This document shows positions 39,437 to 49,834 of a DNA stretch of 64,000 nt, one piece after another. The stretch is from Candidatus Poribacteria bacterium. GTDB taxonomy: Bacteria > Poribacteria > WGA-4E > PCPOR2b. The DNA lies in the NCBI GenBank assembly GCA_965218095.1, contig OZ244587.1, positions 3,360,001 through 3,424,000 on the forward strand. Reading direction: 5' to 3'. The notes beneath the pieces are model-generated. The model saw nothing but the letters and a program-made list of their open reading frames with translations. It searched no databases and was not told where the DNA came from. The translations under genes were made by a program, and so were the position numbers. Within the stretch, counting starts at the first letter, position 1. Each line of letters begins with the position of its first letter.

Positions 39437-40654
39437 TCAAAGGTAATGAGGTTTTTGGGCTGATACCAAAAATTCATAAAGTTCTTTCTTTGAATTTCGT
39501 TTACGTAACGTATCTATCTTGACCGAAGTAAATCCATGCTGCTGCAATAGGCTCGCATAGATTGCCTCCACCGGAACTAACGTCTCGTAGAACTTGGAAT
39601 TGCCTACGACATAAAAAACGGCGCCGCCCTCAGTGAGTTGGGGATAGACAGATTCGATGTGCATTGCAATGTCAACGAAATACTTATGAACATAGTTCGC
39701 CAAAACCTGGCTTTCTTTGGCAATTGAATGAATCATCAACTCAAATCCGGGATAATCGATCCGTATCTCAGACGGTTTCCACTTTCCCACCCGGCTTGTT
39801 GCGATTCCCCACGTTCCGCCAATTGCCTGCCAGTCAAGCTCTCCCGCGTCGCGGGCCTCCGAAAGGTAGCCTAGCCAATACATATAAGGTCTCAGTTCAC
39901 GAATATAACTCATTCGGTTTGGATACGGCGGTGAGGTGATTACGCAATCATAGCGCCTGTCACTGAGTTTTTGAACGTGCCGTGAGTCAGCCACAGCTAC
40001 TCGAACCTGTCCCTTGAGGGCATGGCTGGCAGATTCAATGACCTCTTCGACGCTCCTGGCGAAGTGCGCTAAAAGGAAATCGTCAAAATTCTCATCAAAC
40101 TGAAGTTGCTGGGAATCACCCTTAAAAGACATTGACTGATGATTGAAAGCTGCGTTTGACCATTGGATCACAACACGGCAAAAGGCGACGAGTAGCAAAT
40201 CCTTCGCTGGCACGCTGTCTGGAAACAGATGATGGAGTGCTTGATAAATGCGAGCGAGAAGCAACCGCCGCCCTTCTGACCACCATCGTTCAATATTCTG
40301 AATCGGCGGCAACCAGAGACCATCATCGCTATTTCTCCTTGCCTCATCAAGGGTTCTCTTTGCTGCGGCTTGTACTTCCAGCAGTTGAGTGGCAGTATAA
40401 TTTTGGGTTTTGACGCGAGCTAACCAGACCAAGAACGGGTTTATATCCAGCAAATCACATTCTAACCCACGCTCGCGACAGACGAGACCTGTTGTGCCCG
40501 TTCCAGAAAACGGATCGAGCACATACCCAACCGATGAATACTCCTCCAGAATTTTATGGACCACTTTAATAGAATAGGCTGGCGTCAGCCGGAGCCATCC
40601 ATGCCTGCCGTTTTTTAAGTTGTGCCTAAAGGTTAGATCCGTCCTCTGTTTCAT
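39437..40654 (-). CDS. DNA methyltransferase, probably N4-cytosine (alpha class)
   Basis: VLDPFSGTGTT precedes TSPPYPN; likely start MKQRTD at 40654. Confidence 0.85.
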   Translation of the reverse strand: MKQRTDLTFRHNLKNGRHGWLRLTPAYSIKVVHKILEEYSSVGYVLDPFSGTGTTGLVCRERGLECDLLDINPFLVWLARVKTQNYTATQLLEVQAAAKRTLDEARRNSDDGLWLPPIQNIERWWSEGRRLLLARIYQALHHLFPDSVPAKDLLLVAFCRVVIQWSNAAFNHQSMSFKGDSQQLQFDENFDDFLLAHFARSVEEVIESASHALKGQVRVAVADSRHVQKLSDRRYDCVITSPPYPNRMSYIRELRPYMYWLGYLSEARDAGELDWQAIGGTWGIATSRVGKWKPSEIRIDYPGFELMIHSIAKESQVLANYVHKYFVDIAMHIESVYPQLTEGGAVFYVVGNSKFYETLVPVEAIYASLLQQHGFTSVKIDTLRKRNSKKELYEFLVSAQKPHYL

Positions 40655-40976
40655 TTCTCGTTCCCAAGAGCGTTTGAGAGATGGTCGAATCAATATCAAG
40701 GTAATCCGCAACCTGATACAGCCAATCAGAAACCCGCTCCTTTTGAGTCTCGTTACCAAGTGAAGCCAACTCGATACGCCCATCGAGCGATAACGTCCGC
40801 GTGCGTCCTGATAGTGTCTGAACCTGATAGGACCACTTCGCTTGGTTTTCGGTTAAGCCCAAATCGTATAGACTTTGAAAATCTTCCAAAGCGACATTTT
40901 TACCCGTCCCCAACTTCGGTCTATAGTTCTTACAAACCCGTAACTGTGAGAAAGATGACCTAACGTAAATGCTCAA
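40655..40976 (-). pseudogene. Eroded remnant of a probable cognate restriction endonuclease
   Basis: Short ORF directly upstream of the MTase (YRPKLG...WSY...RTLSLDGRI). Assignment rests on context and recalled similarity. Confidence 0.4.
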
Positions 40977-42211
40977 TGCCCCACCGCTGCCGCGCCTTTC
41001 TCCCCGACCAAATCATGCTCTTCAAAACGTGAGAGGCGGAAGGGGGCGATAAGGTCCGGGGTTTTGCCGGTAGCAATCAATTCCGCCAACGTTTTCCCGG
41101 CGATGGGCGACGCCTTGAACCCGTAAGTTCCCCAACCGACATTGACCAGAAATCCCTCGACGGGTGTAAACCCCATAATCGGACTATAGTCGGGGGGCAT
41201 TTCACAAATCCCCGCCCATTGTCGCAGCACACGGACGTGGCTCAACGACGGAAAGAGCTCGAGGACATGCCCTGCAATGCCTTCGAGGAACGTGAGGGAG
41301 CCAGCCATTGAATAGGAGGAGAAAGGGTCTACGCTGGCGCCCATCACCAACTCGCCCCGATCGGTCTGGCTGATGTAGACGTGCAAGCTGCCGGAGACAA
41401 CGACCACGTCTAGGAAGGGCTTGAGCGGTTCGGTGACGCAGGCTTGTAAGGGAATGGTGGTCAGGGGCAACTTAACCCCCACCATCGCCGTAATCGTCGA
41501 AGCCCAACCGGCGGTTGCGTTGAGGACAGTTCCGGTTCTGATATGGCCGCAGGTCGTCTCAACGCCCGTGACTTTCCCGTTTTCCATCGAAAGTCCGGTG
41601 GCTTCCGTCTGCTGATGAATGTGGACGCCGCGCACGTCCGCCTGATGGGCATAGCCCCAGACGACCGCATCGTGGCGGATGATGCCGCCGGGAGGGTGAT
41701 AGAGCGCTGCCAGAATCGGATAGCGGGGATGGTCGCTCACGTCGAGATAGGGGCAGAGGCGCTTGATTTCATCAGGCCAGATTAGGCGTGAGTCTACGTC
41801 TTCGATCTGGTTGACCTCCGCCCGACGGCGCATGGTGCTGATGGCGCCGTCGGTATGGGCGAGGGTCAGGTGTCCCCGCTGACTAAACATCACATTGAAA
41901 TCGAGTTCTCCCGACAGTTGTTCGTAGAGCTTGACGCTCTCGTCGTAAAAGCGCACGCCTTCCGGGGTGAGGTAGTTGCTGCGGATAATGGCGGTGTTGC
42001 GCCCGCTTCCGCCGGCGCCGATGTAGTTTTTCTCCAGCACCGCCACATCGGTGACGCCGTGCTCTTTGGCGAGATAATAGGCGCAGGCGAGCCCATGCGC
42101 CCCCCCGCCGATGATGACGACATCGTAGCGTTCTTTCAGTTCATGCGACCGCCACATTCTCGGCGGCGGTCTGTGGCCATTGAAGGCTTGTCGGATGAGT
42201 TTGAGTGACAT
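40973..42211 (-). CDS. soxB: Sarcosine oxidase beta-like subunit
   Basis: IIGGGAHG, GRNTAIIRSNY, GWGTYGFKA and EKGAAAVGH motifs. Confidence 0.92.
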   Translation of the reverse strand: MSLKLIRQAFNGHRPPPRMWRSHELKERYDVVIIGGGAHGLACAYYLAKEHGVTDVAVLEKNYIGAGGSGRNTAIIRSNYLTPEGVRFYDESVKLYEQLSGELDFNVMFSQRGHLTLAHTDGAISTMRRRAEVNQIEDVDSRLIWPDEIKRLCPYLDVSDHPRYPILAALYHPPGGIIRHDAVVWGYAHQADVRGVHIHQQTEATGLSMENGKVTGVETTCGHIRTGTVLNATAGWASTITAMVGVKLPLTTIPLQACVTEPLKPFLDVVVVSGSLHVYISQTDRGELVMGASVDPFSSYSMAGSLTFLEGIAGHVLELFPSLSHVRVLRQWAGICEMPPDYSPIMGFTPVEGFLVNVGWGTYGFKASPIAGKTLAELIATGKTPDLIAPFRLSRFEEHDLVGEKGAAAVGH

Positions 42212-42282
42212 TTATTTTCCGTAAAACGTGATGCGTAAAACGTAAGATAATTCAGACAGGGGCGAAGTTAGAACAGACTTAT

Positions 42283-43137
42283 CTACCTGGCCTCCCCCTT
42301 CCGAGACCGCTCCTGTAACTCATAGAGCGACGCACTCTTCTCTTTGTAGCGGGGGATAGGAAACTCCTTCATCGTAAAACGCGCAACCTCGGTTTGATCG
42401 CCACGCACCAGCCGCGTGTACGCTTCGATACGGCTGGTCATCTCCCCGTAATAGATGGGAAAGGCGTCAGCCGCCCGGTAACTGAGGATGAGCGTGCGTC
42501 GCGGACGATTCGACCGGTTGGCGATCGAGGCATGCGGGGTCATGCAGTGCATGAAGATGGCCGCGCCAGCTTTGCCCTTAATCAGCACCGCATGCGAGCT
42601 ATCGACCGCTTCCGTGGCTCCACCTTGAAAGTACCCGTCGCGCGCATGAGCAAGCAATGGCTCCTCGTGGCGGCCGGGTTGCATCTGCAGACAGCCGTTC
42701 TCCACATCGGCGTCATCCAGGTAAAACAGCACAGCGAGCGAATCTCGGTTCGTCAACGGGTAATAAGACAGGTCTTGGTGCCACTCCACGACTGACCCGA
42801 TTTCGGGAGGTTTCATATTGAGCTTGCTGTAGTGAAACAGAAGGTTGGGACCAAGCAACTGCTCGACGCTGTCCAACAATTTGTCGGACTCGGATAACTC
42901 TCTGAACAGGGGGTAATGGGAGCACGGCTCATAAAGCCGACGGACTTTGGCGCCATCCCGGGGCTGGTCCGGCTCCATTTCCATTCGGTCTTTATCATGA
43001 TTGACAAGTGTGGCGCCGTGAATAATCTTCTCGGTTTCGGTCAGTAACTCGGCAACCTCATCCGAATTCAAGAAATCCGGGTAAACGGTGTATCCGTTCT
43101 GATGGTATTCAGTGATTTGGGCTTCGGTTAACATCAC
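42283..43137 (-). CDS. Phytanoyl-CoA dioxygenase (PhyH) family protein
   Basis: WHQD, ENGCL, distal H and R (HASIANRS..PRR). Confidence 0.9.
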   Translation of the reverse strand: MMLTEAQITEYHQNGYTVYPDFLNSDEVAELLTETEKIIHGATLVNHDKDRMEMEPDQPRDGAKVRRLYEPCSHYPLFRELSESDKLLDSVEQLLGPNLLFHYSKLNMKPPEIGSVVEWHQDLSYYPLTNRDSLAVLFYLDDADVENGCLQMQPGRHEEPLLAHARDGYFQGGATEAVDSSHAVLIKGKAGAAIFMHCMTPHASIANRSNRPRRTLILSYRAADAFPIYYGEMTSRIEAYTRLVRGDQTEVARFTMKEFPIPRYKEKSASLYELQERSRKGEAR

Positions 43138-43291
43138 GATCTCCTACTCAATGCTAATGCTGCGGGGTTATCCTGGTTCGTTATCTAATCTTGCGGCCAA
43201 GACCCATCCCTAACCCCTTGAGAAGGGGGGACAGACAACATTCCCCTTCTCAGACCCCCTTGACAGGGGGTTAGACGTTGAGACTCAAAAA

Positions 43292-43325
43292 AATCCCAAT
43301 GTCTTTAGACTTGGGAGTATGTCAA
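43292..43325 (+). mobile_element. IS200/IS605-like right-end relic
   Basis: AATCCCAATGTCTTTAGACTTGGGAGTATGTCAA: subterminal hairpin ending in TCAA; no tnpA or tnpB nearby. Confidence 0.5.
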
Positions 43326-43327
43326 TA

Positions 43328-43451
43328 TACCGATTTAGGATTGGAGTTGCACATTGAGGGGAAGGAAGAAAAGAACTTTCTTCCTCATCCTTCCTTTCTT
43401 CCTTTTCCTCCAACTTAACACAGATTATGCGAAAAGTCAAACATAAATCGG
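43328..43451. mobile_element. MITE (TACC family), copy 3, right end clipped
   Basis: TACCGATTTAGGATTG ... CAAACATAAATCGG with purine/pyrimidine arms. Confidence 0.55.
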
Positions 43452-43660
43452 CCCAACGGAGATCGGTTGTCCGCTGGGCAACCTGCAGGTCTTGCTAGAC
43501 GCCTTCGGTAAGGGTAATCTGGTAAACTTTTGCTGTGATGCCGCCGGCAATCATCAGCGGCAAATCCGCGCCAATTGGCCGGTGGTCATGTGCCACCACG
43601 ATGATTGCACGGTGGTGAATTGGGTCAGCAGAGGCTTCAATCGCTTTCATTCGTCTTTGC

Positions 43661-44086
43661 CTATTTCGTGATAATCAGATAAAGACCACTACAGACAAGA
43701 AACACGCCGATAACATACCGCAAAGTGAGCGGTTCTTTCAGCAGCACCAAGCCAGCCAAACTCGCCAGCAATATTCCCCCAAGCCGGATGACGGGTGAGC
43801 CAACAGAAATTGGTACCCCTGCACCAAAGGTGGCGTACAGCCCCAAAGTCACCCCACTAAATGCGAATCCTACGCCTAAAGCCGCCAAGACACCCGATGT
43901 TTGGGCATATTGCGGTACGCCGAAAGCCCATTGCCACAGCGCCCAACCGAGCCCTGTCAGGAATGTGCTGCTTCCGTACAATAATAGCGCCACACTGTTG
44001 GAGAGCTTACCTGCTGCCAGTTTGACGAAAAGATCAGCGGCGGCCAATGCGAATGCTGTGGCCACTGCATATTTAATCCAAGCCAA
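43661..44086 (-). CDS. EamA/DMT family small transporter
   Basis: About 5 TM helices; LLKEPLT...IG motif. Confidence 0.8.
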   Translation of the reverse strand: MAWIKYAVATAFALAAADLFVKLAAGKLSNSVALLLYGSSTFLTGLGWALWQWAFGVPQYAQTSGVLAALGVGFAFSGVTLGLYATFGAGVPISVGSPVIRLGGILLASLAGLVLLKEPLTLRYVIGVFLVCSGLYLIITK

Positions 44087-44371
44087 ATTTGACTCCTATC
44101 AGCAACTCCAACTGCCCTACCCGTGAAAAGGCAGTAATTTCTGGTTAAGATTTTGCTGTGCGGTAAATCTGCCTTTTTTGGGGGCAATTGGAGCATTGAC
44201 AATTGTAGATTCAAATCAAATGTACTTTACCAAAGTTAACGGATTTTCTGTAAAGATTTTTATCATCAGTTACCCATAAATCGGTAGCCATAAAAATTGG
44301 TGTAACAATTCATAAATTTGGGCGATGAGCAATTTTCTAACCAGAAATTACTGAGCGGCAACGTAAAACAC

Positions 44372-46042
44372 CTATCTGATGCGGAAATGGCTTCCCGCAA
44401 TGAAGCGAGTGCCGCCGAAGTTATTCCCGTCGGGCAAGGTGTAGTAATAGGCGATGAAGATGCGTCCATCATCGAGCTCACAGCCGACAGGGTAGCCCAG
44501 ATCGCCGTGACTAGCATCATCACGGATAACAAATTCCTCGCTCCACGTCACGCCCCCGTCCGAGCTAAGGACGCCACCGATGCCCATCGGCAGCCGCCGC
44601 CGAGCAAACACGACGAGGATACGACCATCCTTGAGTTGCATCGGCCATGGCGAGCGGTAAATGACCCCACCGCCGCGGGGATCCTTCCAACACCCACCCC
44701 CCGTCCCTACGATGGGCACAGGTGCGCTCCAAGTCTCACCGCTATCCTTCGACACTGACATGCATATCGCGTTCTTGAGGCCGTCCACGATCTGGTCACT
44801 CCGTGCGATGTGCAGGAAGTAGCATTGCAAGTCGCCATTGGGTGACAGTAGTAGACCAGCATACGTGAAGCGTCGGTCTACAGCCACGCGACTCAAGAAA
44901 TTCCACATGATGCCGTTATCTGTGGATGCGTAGATGGCCGGTCCGCCCGGCTGTGCAATGCTCATTGCTGCTAGCAGCGTTTTACCGTCTGGCATGCGCA
45001 CGACCGGGTGACAGTCCTTATGCACCCAGACCTTCTCGCCGTCCGGATGCTTGATGATGGTCGGCGCCTCTTCCCATGTTCTACCCTTGTCCGGTGAGCG
45101 TAGAGCAAAGCAGACTGGCACGCCGCCCCGATCCTCCGGCAGGTAGGTCCGGCCAAAGAAAAACACCGACTCCGGCTGGAACATATCGTACTGCTCGCGC
45201 GGCGCGCCCTTCTGGTAGAGGAAAGCGCGCTTCTCCTCCGACGACATCGTTTCGTCGTATACGGTCACGTCGTCTCCTTCAGGCCACGTCGCCCCACCGT
45301 CGACAGAGCGCTGAAGGAGGGCGACCGCGCGGCTGTGATACCCCCCTAAGTCATGCCTCACGTCGGAGGGAACTTGATAGTTACACAGCGCGTGGTTGTG
45401 CCCAACGACAATCTCCCTGTCGCTGAAAGACTTAAAGATTGCCTGCCGTGGATGGCCACAATATGTTTTCTCGTCATAGTGGAGCTTGAAGTGCTGCACG
45501 TCGTATATCTCCGGACGTGGCGCCAGGGAGGACTTCTGCTGTTGCTTAACTTTGTCGAGCGCTTCCTTGGCGGCATCGTGGCCCCGCTCATCGTCGCCTT
45601 CCTTTGCTAGTTGAACCCTGCGGAGAGTCACTTGGCTGGGGCTTTTAATCTTCAAGGCTTGCGCCAGATACCCCTCGTTGATGGCTATTTTTAACAGATT
45701 CTGACTGCGACTGAAACGCACGAGGTAATCGCCTGTCGGAACATCACCGTAGTTTGAGATGTATAGACAACGGATCTTCTGTCCATCTTCAAATGTGACT
45801 TCGAGGGTGTCTCCCAGTTCCCATCTAAGTGCGGTAAATTGAGAAGGTTCGATATTGGTCACGGCGTTACTATGATCGTCGCTTTCAATGATTTGAGCGA
45901 CGATTTGGCTTTCGCTTTCAGCTTCGATGTCGCCCGCCGTGCCGTGCTCACTTTCTGACTGGAGGGATTTCCCGCCGGGAGTGATCAACCCTATCGTCAG
46001 GATGGTCAAAGCGAAAACATGAAAAGGCGTGTTGTGTTTCAT
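44372..46042 (-). CDS. Secreted BNR-repeat sialidase-like protein with an N-terminal SAM hydrolase/fluorinase C-terminal-like domain
   Basis: Signal peptide; DDHSNAVTNI...YGDVP.G...IAINEG; Asp boxes SVDGGATW, SPDKGRTW, STDNGIMW, SKDSGETW and SSDGGVTW. Confidence 0.75.
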   Translation of the reverse strand: MKHNTPFHVFALTILTIGLITPGGKSLQSESEHGTAGDIEAESESQIVAQIIESDDHSNAVTNIEPSQFTALRWELGDTLEVTFEDGQKIRCLYISNYGDVPTGDYLVRFSRSQNLLKIAINEGYLAQALKIKSPSQVTLRRVQLAKEGDDERGHDAAKEALDKVKQQQKSSLAPRPEIYDVQHFKLHYDEKTYCGHPRQAIFKSFSDREIVVGHNHALCNYQVPSDVRHDLGGYHSRAVALLQRSVDGGATWPEGDDVTVYDETMSSEEKRAFLYQKGAPREQYDMFQPESVFFFGRTYLPEDRGGVPVCFALRSPDKGRTWEEAPTIIKHPDGEKVWVHKDCHPVVRMPDGKTLLAAMSIAQPGGPAIYASTDNGIMWNFLSRVAVDRRFTYAGLLLSPNGDLQCYFLHIARSDQIVDGLKNAICMSVSKDSGETWSAPVPIVGTGGGCWKDPRGGGVIYRSPWPMQLKDGRILVVFARRRLPMGIGGVLSSDGGVTWSEEFVIRDDASHGDLGYPVGCELDDGRIFIAYYYTLPDGNNFGGTRFIAGSHFRIR

Positions 46043-46379
46043 AGGAAATCTCCTTAGAATTTCGGGTGATAGTTATCGGTGGATGTATCGGGATCGATGA
46101 GATGCCGCCGTTTCATATCAGGGTTGTACCAGACAGCGAACCAATCGAAGCCCTTCTCCCAGTGTCCGTCTTGCCGTTGTTTCCGAATCTGTCCGCGGAT
46201 CCGTCGTCTTCGCTCATGCAGATTAAATGCTGTCCGTCGTCCACCGGCAACACCGACAACCTGCCGATTACCGATTCGGTCTATCGTGTTCTGAACGAGC
46301 ACAGCCTGCCCCGATCTATCGGGGGACTCCCGGACCGGGGTTCCACATTCTACAATACGAACTGAAAAAGTCGTATGAA

Positions 46380-47153
46380 TTATCGCATACCGAGCTGGAT
46401 CTTCAGCAACCGGTGGAGTTCTTCGATGGGACGTTTATGGTCATCGACCCGCAGATCGATATACCGATCATTGAAGCCGCTGTATCCGCCGCCCTCGCGC
46501 ACGACAAGCAACGCCGCGGATTGCTGTCCACGCCGATCTCCACCTGTTTCTTGTCCCGCGATAAGGGCAGCCATGAGCTTTTCTGCCAACTCCCCCTCCG
46601 TCTCTTCAAACGCTTCGCCGATCGCTTTGACGACTTCTCCGCTGACCAAGATGTTGCCCTGTGCGGTGTGGTTTTCCCCTTTGACTCCGCCCGCCCATTC
46701 CAGACATTCATCGCCGGTGTAGTTAGCCGGATTGCCTTTTGCGTCAATGATACCGACCTGACGCTGCGATCTGCCATTGTCGTCTGCGATTAACCGATCC
46801 AGCGCTTGTTGCGCGGTGAGTCCGCTTTCAAGCATCTCCAGGCCTTTTGGCCCATAAGTCGTGTTCCCCCACGCCTGGGTTGCGATTGCGCCGACGCCTG
46901 CCTTTGCCCAGGGGACAACAGATCCAACGGCGAAGAATTTAGACTGAACGGCAACCCCGAGATCTCCATTCTCCGGATCGCGCCCAACGATTGAAAAAGT
47001 TGCCACAGGGGAAACGTGGGATCTGACACTTGGCTGATAACATCCAATGCCAGCGAATGCGATAATACCCATACAGGTTGTCATACAAACAAGCCAGATA
47101 GCGTGCAAACATCCTTCCATTCTTCCCTTCCTTCCTTTCCTTCCATTCCTCAC
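46380..47153 (-). CDS. DUF1028 (Ntn-hydrolase-like) protein
   Basis: ATFSIV, GVAVQSKF, QGNIL, GGDRRGQQSAAL and DLRVDDH motifs; start uncertain. Confidence 0.85.
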   Translation of the reverse strand: MRNGRKGRKGRMEGCLHAIWLVCMTTCMGIIAFAGIGCYQPSVRSHVSPVATFSIVGRDPENGDLGVAVQSKFFAVGSVVPWAKAGVGAIATQAWGNTTYGPKGLEMLESGLTAQQALDRLIADDNGRSQRQVGIIDAKGNPANYTGDECLEWAGGVKGENHTAQGNILVSGEVVKAIGEAFEETEGELAEKLMAALIAGQETGGDRRGQQSAALLVVREGGGYSGFNDRYIDLRVDDHKRPIEELHRLLKIQLGMR

Positions 47154-48472
47154 GACTTTGGTTCGATCTCGTCCTGACCATTATCAAATCGTATCGTCAT
47201 CGCCGCTGCATGCCCATCAAGCCCTTCGACCTGCGCCAACTTGACCACAGCCGGTGTTACTTTTTCTAACGCGGTTTTGGTATAAAAGATAACACTTGTC
47301 TTTTTCAGGAAGTCATCGACGCTCAACGGCGATGCATATCTTGCCGCCCCGCCTGTCGGCAGCACATGGTTGGGACCGGCGATGTAATCGCCGACAGATT
47401 CCGGGGTGTAGGGACCAAGCATGATTGCGCCGGCGTTACGAATTGCGCCGATCCACTCAAACGGGTTTTCCACCTCTAACTCAACGTGTTCAGGAGCAAT
47501 ATCGTTAGCAAGTGCAACCGCTTCATCCAGATCCGCAACGACGAACGCTACACCGTAGTTTTCAAAAGCGCCAGTCAATTCAGCTTGGCGCGGCAATTCC
47601 TTCATCTGCGATTCAATCTCACTGCAAACCTGTTCAGCAAGCCCCCGCGATGTGGTGACAAGAATCGCCGAGCAATCTTCACTGTGTTCTGCCTGCGAAA
47701 TCAAATCCGCGGCGATATAAGTAGGTTCTGCGGTTTGATCAGCAATGACGAGGACTTCACTTGGGCCCGCCAGTTTGTCGATATCCACTAGACCGTAGAC
47801 CTCCTTCTTGGCGAGTTGGACATAAAGATTGCCCGGTCCCACAATTTTGTCCACTTTCGGGATGGCATCCGTCCCATAAGCCATTGTACCGACCGCCTGG
47901 GCGCCGCCACATTTGTAAATCTCGCCAACCCCGCATTCTGCCGCGGCGACAAGCATGTGCGGATCAATCTTCCGATTTCGCATCGGTCCCATGAAGGCCG
48001 CAATCTCCTCAACGCCCGCGACTTTCGCAGGAACCACACACATCATCAGTGAGGAAACCAACAACTGACTCACGGAAGGCACGCATACGCCGACGCGCTT
48101 CAGCGGACGGATGAGGTGTCCTAAAAGGACCCCATCCGCTTCGGTGGACAGCCACGAATTCCGCGACTGCTTCTGATGAAACCACTCAATGTTCGTCTGC
48201 GCCAGCTTGACCGCATCAAGGAATTCCGAATCGACCTGCGCGTATGCGTCATTGATTTCCTCGTCTGTGACTCGCAACTCTTTGACGGATATTCGTGGAG
48301 CGTCAAACCTGCGCGTATATTTGATGACGGCTTTATCGCCATTTTTCTGGACATCCTGCAATATCCGACGGACGGTTCTCAGAATGCTCTGGTCTTCCAA
48401 CTGGCCGCGAAGATTGAGCTTTTCGATGAAAACCTTTGCCTCTTCGGAATGTGCATCAAGAATTCTGATCAT
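47150..48472 (-). CDS. hisD: Histidinol dehydrogenase
   Basis: KIVGPGN, AGPSEV, SQAEH, APEH and GDYIAGPNHVLPT motifs. Confidence 0.96.
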   Translation of the reverse strand: MIRILDAHSEEAKVFIEKLNLRGQLEDQSILRTVRRILQDVQKNGDKAVIKYTRRFDAPRISVKELRVTDEEINDAYAQVDSEFLDAVKLAQTNIEWFHQKQSRNSWLSTEADGVLLGHLIRPLKRVGVCVPSVSQLLVSSLMMCVVPAKVAGVEEIAAFMGPMRNRKIDPHMLVAAAECGVGEIYKCGGAQAVGTMAYGTDAIPKVDKIVGPGNLYVQLAKKEVYGLVDIDKLAGPSEVLVIADQTAEPTYIAADLISQAEHSEDCSAILVTTSRGLAEQVCSEIESQMKELPRQAELTGAFENYGVAFVVADLDEAVALANDIAPEHVELEVENPFEWIGAIRNAGAIMLGPYTPESVGDYIAGPNHVLPTGGAARYASPLSVDDFLKKTSVIFYTKTALEKVTPAVVKLAQVEGLDGHAAAMTIRFDNGQDEIEPKS

Positions 48473-48547
48473 GACAAGCTCCTTGTCCCTTGTCAAAACG
48501 GGGTTTTACCTTGTGTTCTGTCTGTTTTGATGAAATGTATTTTCCAA

Positions 48548-48576
48548 TTGACACTTTAGTCCGAATATGTTAGATT
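48548..48576 (+). promoter_or_regulatory. sigma70-type promoter upstream of the BMP gene
   Basis: TTGACA, 17 nt spacer, TAGATT, with extended TG. Confidence 0.55.
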
Positions 48577-48829
48577 TCAGCAGAAATATTACATGATAAG
48601 GAGCTATAAATCAAACAAAAGTTCATTATTTGTTTGGAAACTTTCCTTTGGATATGATACCATAGCACGAGTCGAAATTCCCCCTAATTTGAGTGCTGAT
48701 GTTCACCTTCGTCTTGAACTAGGCGCATTTGAACATTTTTTTAAGGCGTTGAAAACCTTCAAAAGGTGTCATTAAAGGGTTAACCAACCTTGTCCGTGTG
48801 CTGAACAGTTTCTTACAGGAGTAAATAGC

Positions 48830-49834
48830 ATGCAGAGACAATGTATCAGTATCCTCATCTTCTTTGTTACGGTCACTTTTCTGCTTGTCGGGGCAGGCTC
48901 CCAGAGCGTCCGCGCCGCAAAGTCCAAACGGATTGGATTAATTTATGATGTCGGTGGGCGTGGCGATCTCTCATTTTGTGACGCCGCATACGCTGGCGCC
49001 AAGAAAGCTGTCGATCTGTGGAAACTCGACCTTAAAGAAATCACCCCCGGACAGAGTACAGACATCGAAAGAGTCTTGAGACAACTCGCTCGGTTAAAAT
49101 TTGATCTCATCATCGGGGTCGGTTTTCTCTTTCAAGAACCGATGAGTCGAGTCGCTGCCGAATTTCCAAACGCAAGGTTTGCAATCGTTGATGTCGAAGC
49201 CGAAGGGCAGAATGTTGCCTCGCTGATTTTCAAAGCGCATGAGGGCGCCTACCTTGTCGGCGCAATTGCTGCGCTGAAAACGGAGACGAATAAGATTGGA
49301 TTTATCGGTGGGATGAATATCCCGCTGTTGCATAGCTTTGAGGCGGGCTATCGCGCTGGCGCAAAGGCAATCAACCCGGAGGTTGAAGTATTTGTTGATT
49401 ACGCGGGCGTTACGCCCCAAGCCTTCAGCGACCCCGCTAAAGGGAAAGAACTCGGGCTGGGGCAGTACAACAAAGGTGTGGACGTAATCATGGCGGGGGC
49501 AGGTGCAACGAGTCTGGGCATCCTTGAAGCCGCGAAAAAAGAGAAGAAATACATCATCTGGGTAGATGCAAACGGGAATCACCTCGCGCCGGGGTTTGTC
49601 CTGACGAGCATGATCAAGGGTGTGGAATTGTCAGTGTACCAAACAATCGAGAGCGTCGTTGAGGGAAAATTTACCGGTGGAACAAAGGTATACGGTCTGA
49701 AGGAGGGTGGGATTGAATACATTGTTGATGACAACAATCGGGAGTTGTTTTCTGAGGGGATCTTGAAGCGCGTTGAAAGACTCAAACAGAAAATTATCAA
49801 CGGAAAGATTGTTGTGCCGTCGGAAAGAAAATAA
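48830..49834 (+). CDS. BMP family ABC transporter substrate-binding protein
   Basis: GGRGDLSF, IGVGF, KIGFIGGM and F.DPAKGKE motifs. Confidence 0.9.
   Translation: MQRQCISILIFFVTVTFLLVGAGSQSVRAAKSKRIGLIYDVGGRGDLSFCDAAYAGAKKAVDLWKLDLKEITPGQSTDIERVLRQLARLKFDLIIGVGFLFQEPMSRVAAEFPNARFAIVDVEAEGQNVASLIFKAHEGAYLVGAIAALKTETNKIGFIGGMNIPLLHSFEAGYRAGAKAINPEVEVFVDYAGVTPQAFSDPAKGKELGLGQYNKGVDVIMAGAGATSLGILEAAKKEKKYIIWVDANGNHLAPGFVLTSMIKGVELSVYQTIESVVEGKFTGGTKVYGLKEGGIEYIVDDNNRELFSEGILKRVERLKQKIINGKIVVPSERK

Noticed and set aside
43495-43650. Short minus-strand ORF MKAIEASADPIHHR..., possibly a dipeptidase N-terminal remnant
   Set aside because: Too short to assign without a database search.
46054-46365. 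Short ORFs between the sialidase fusion and DUF1028 (possible integrase arm-domain remnant)
   Set aside because: Resemblance too weak, with no clear start or catalytic motifs.
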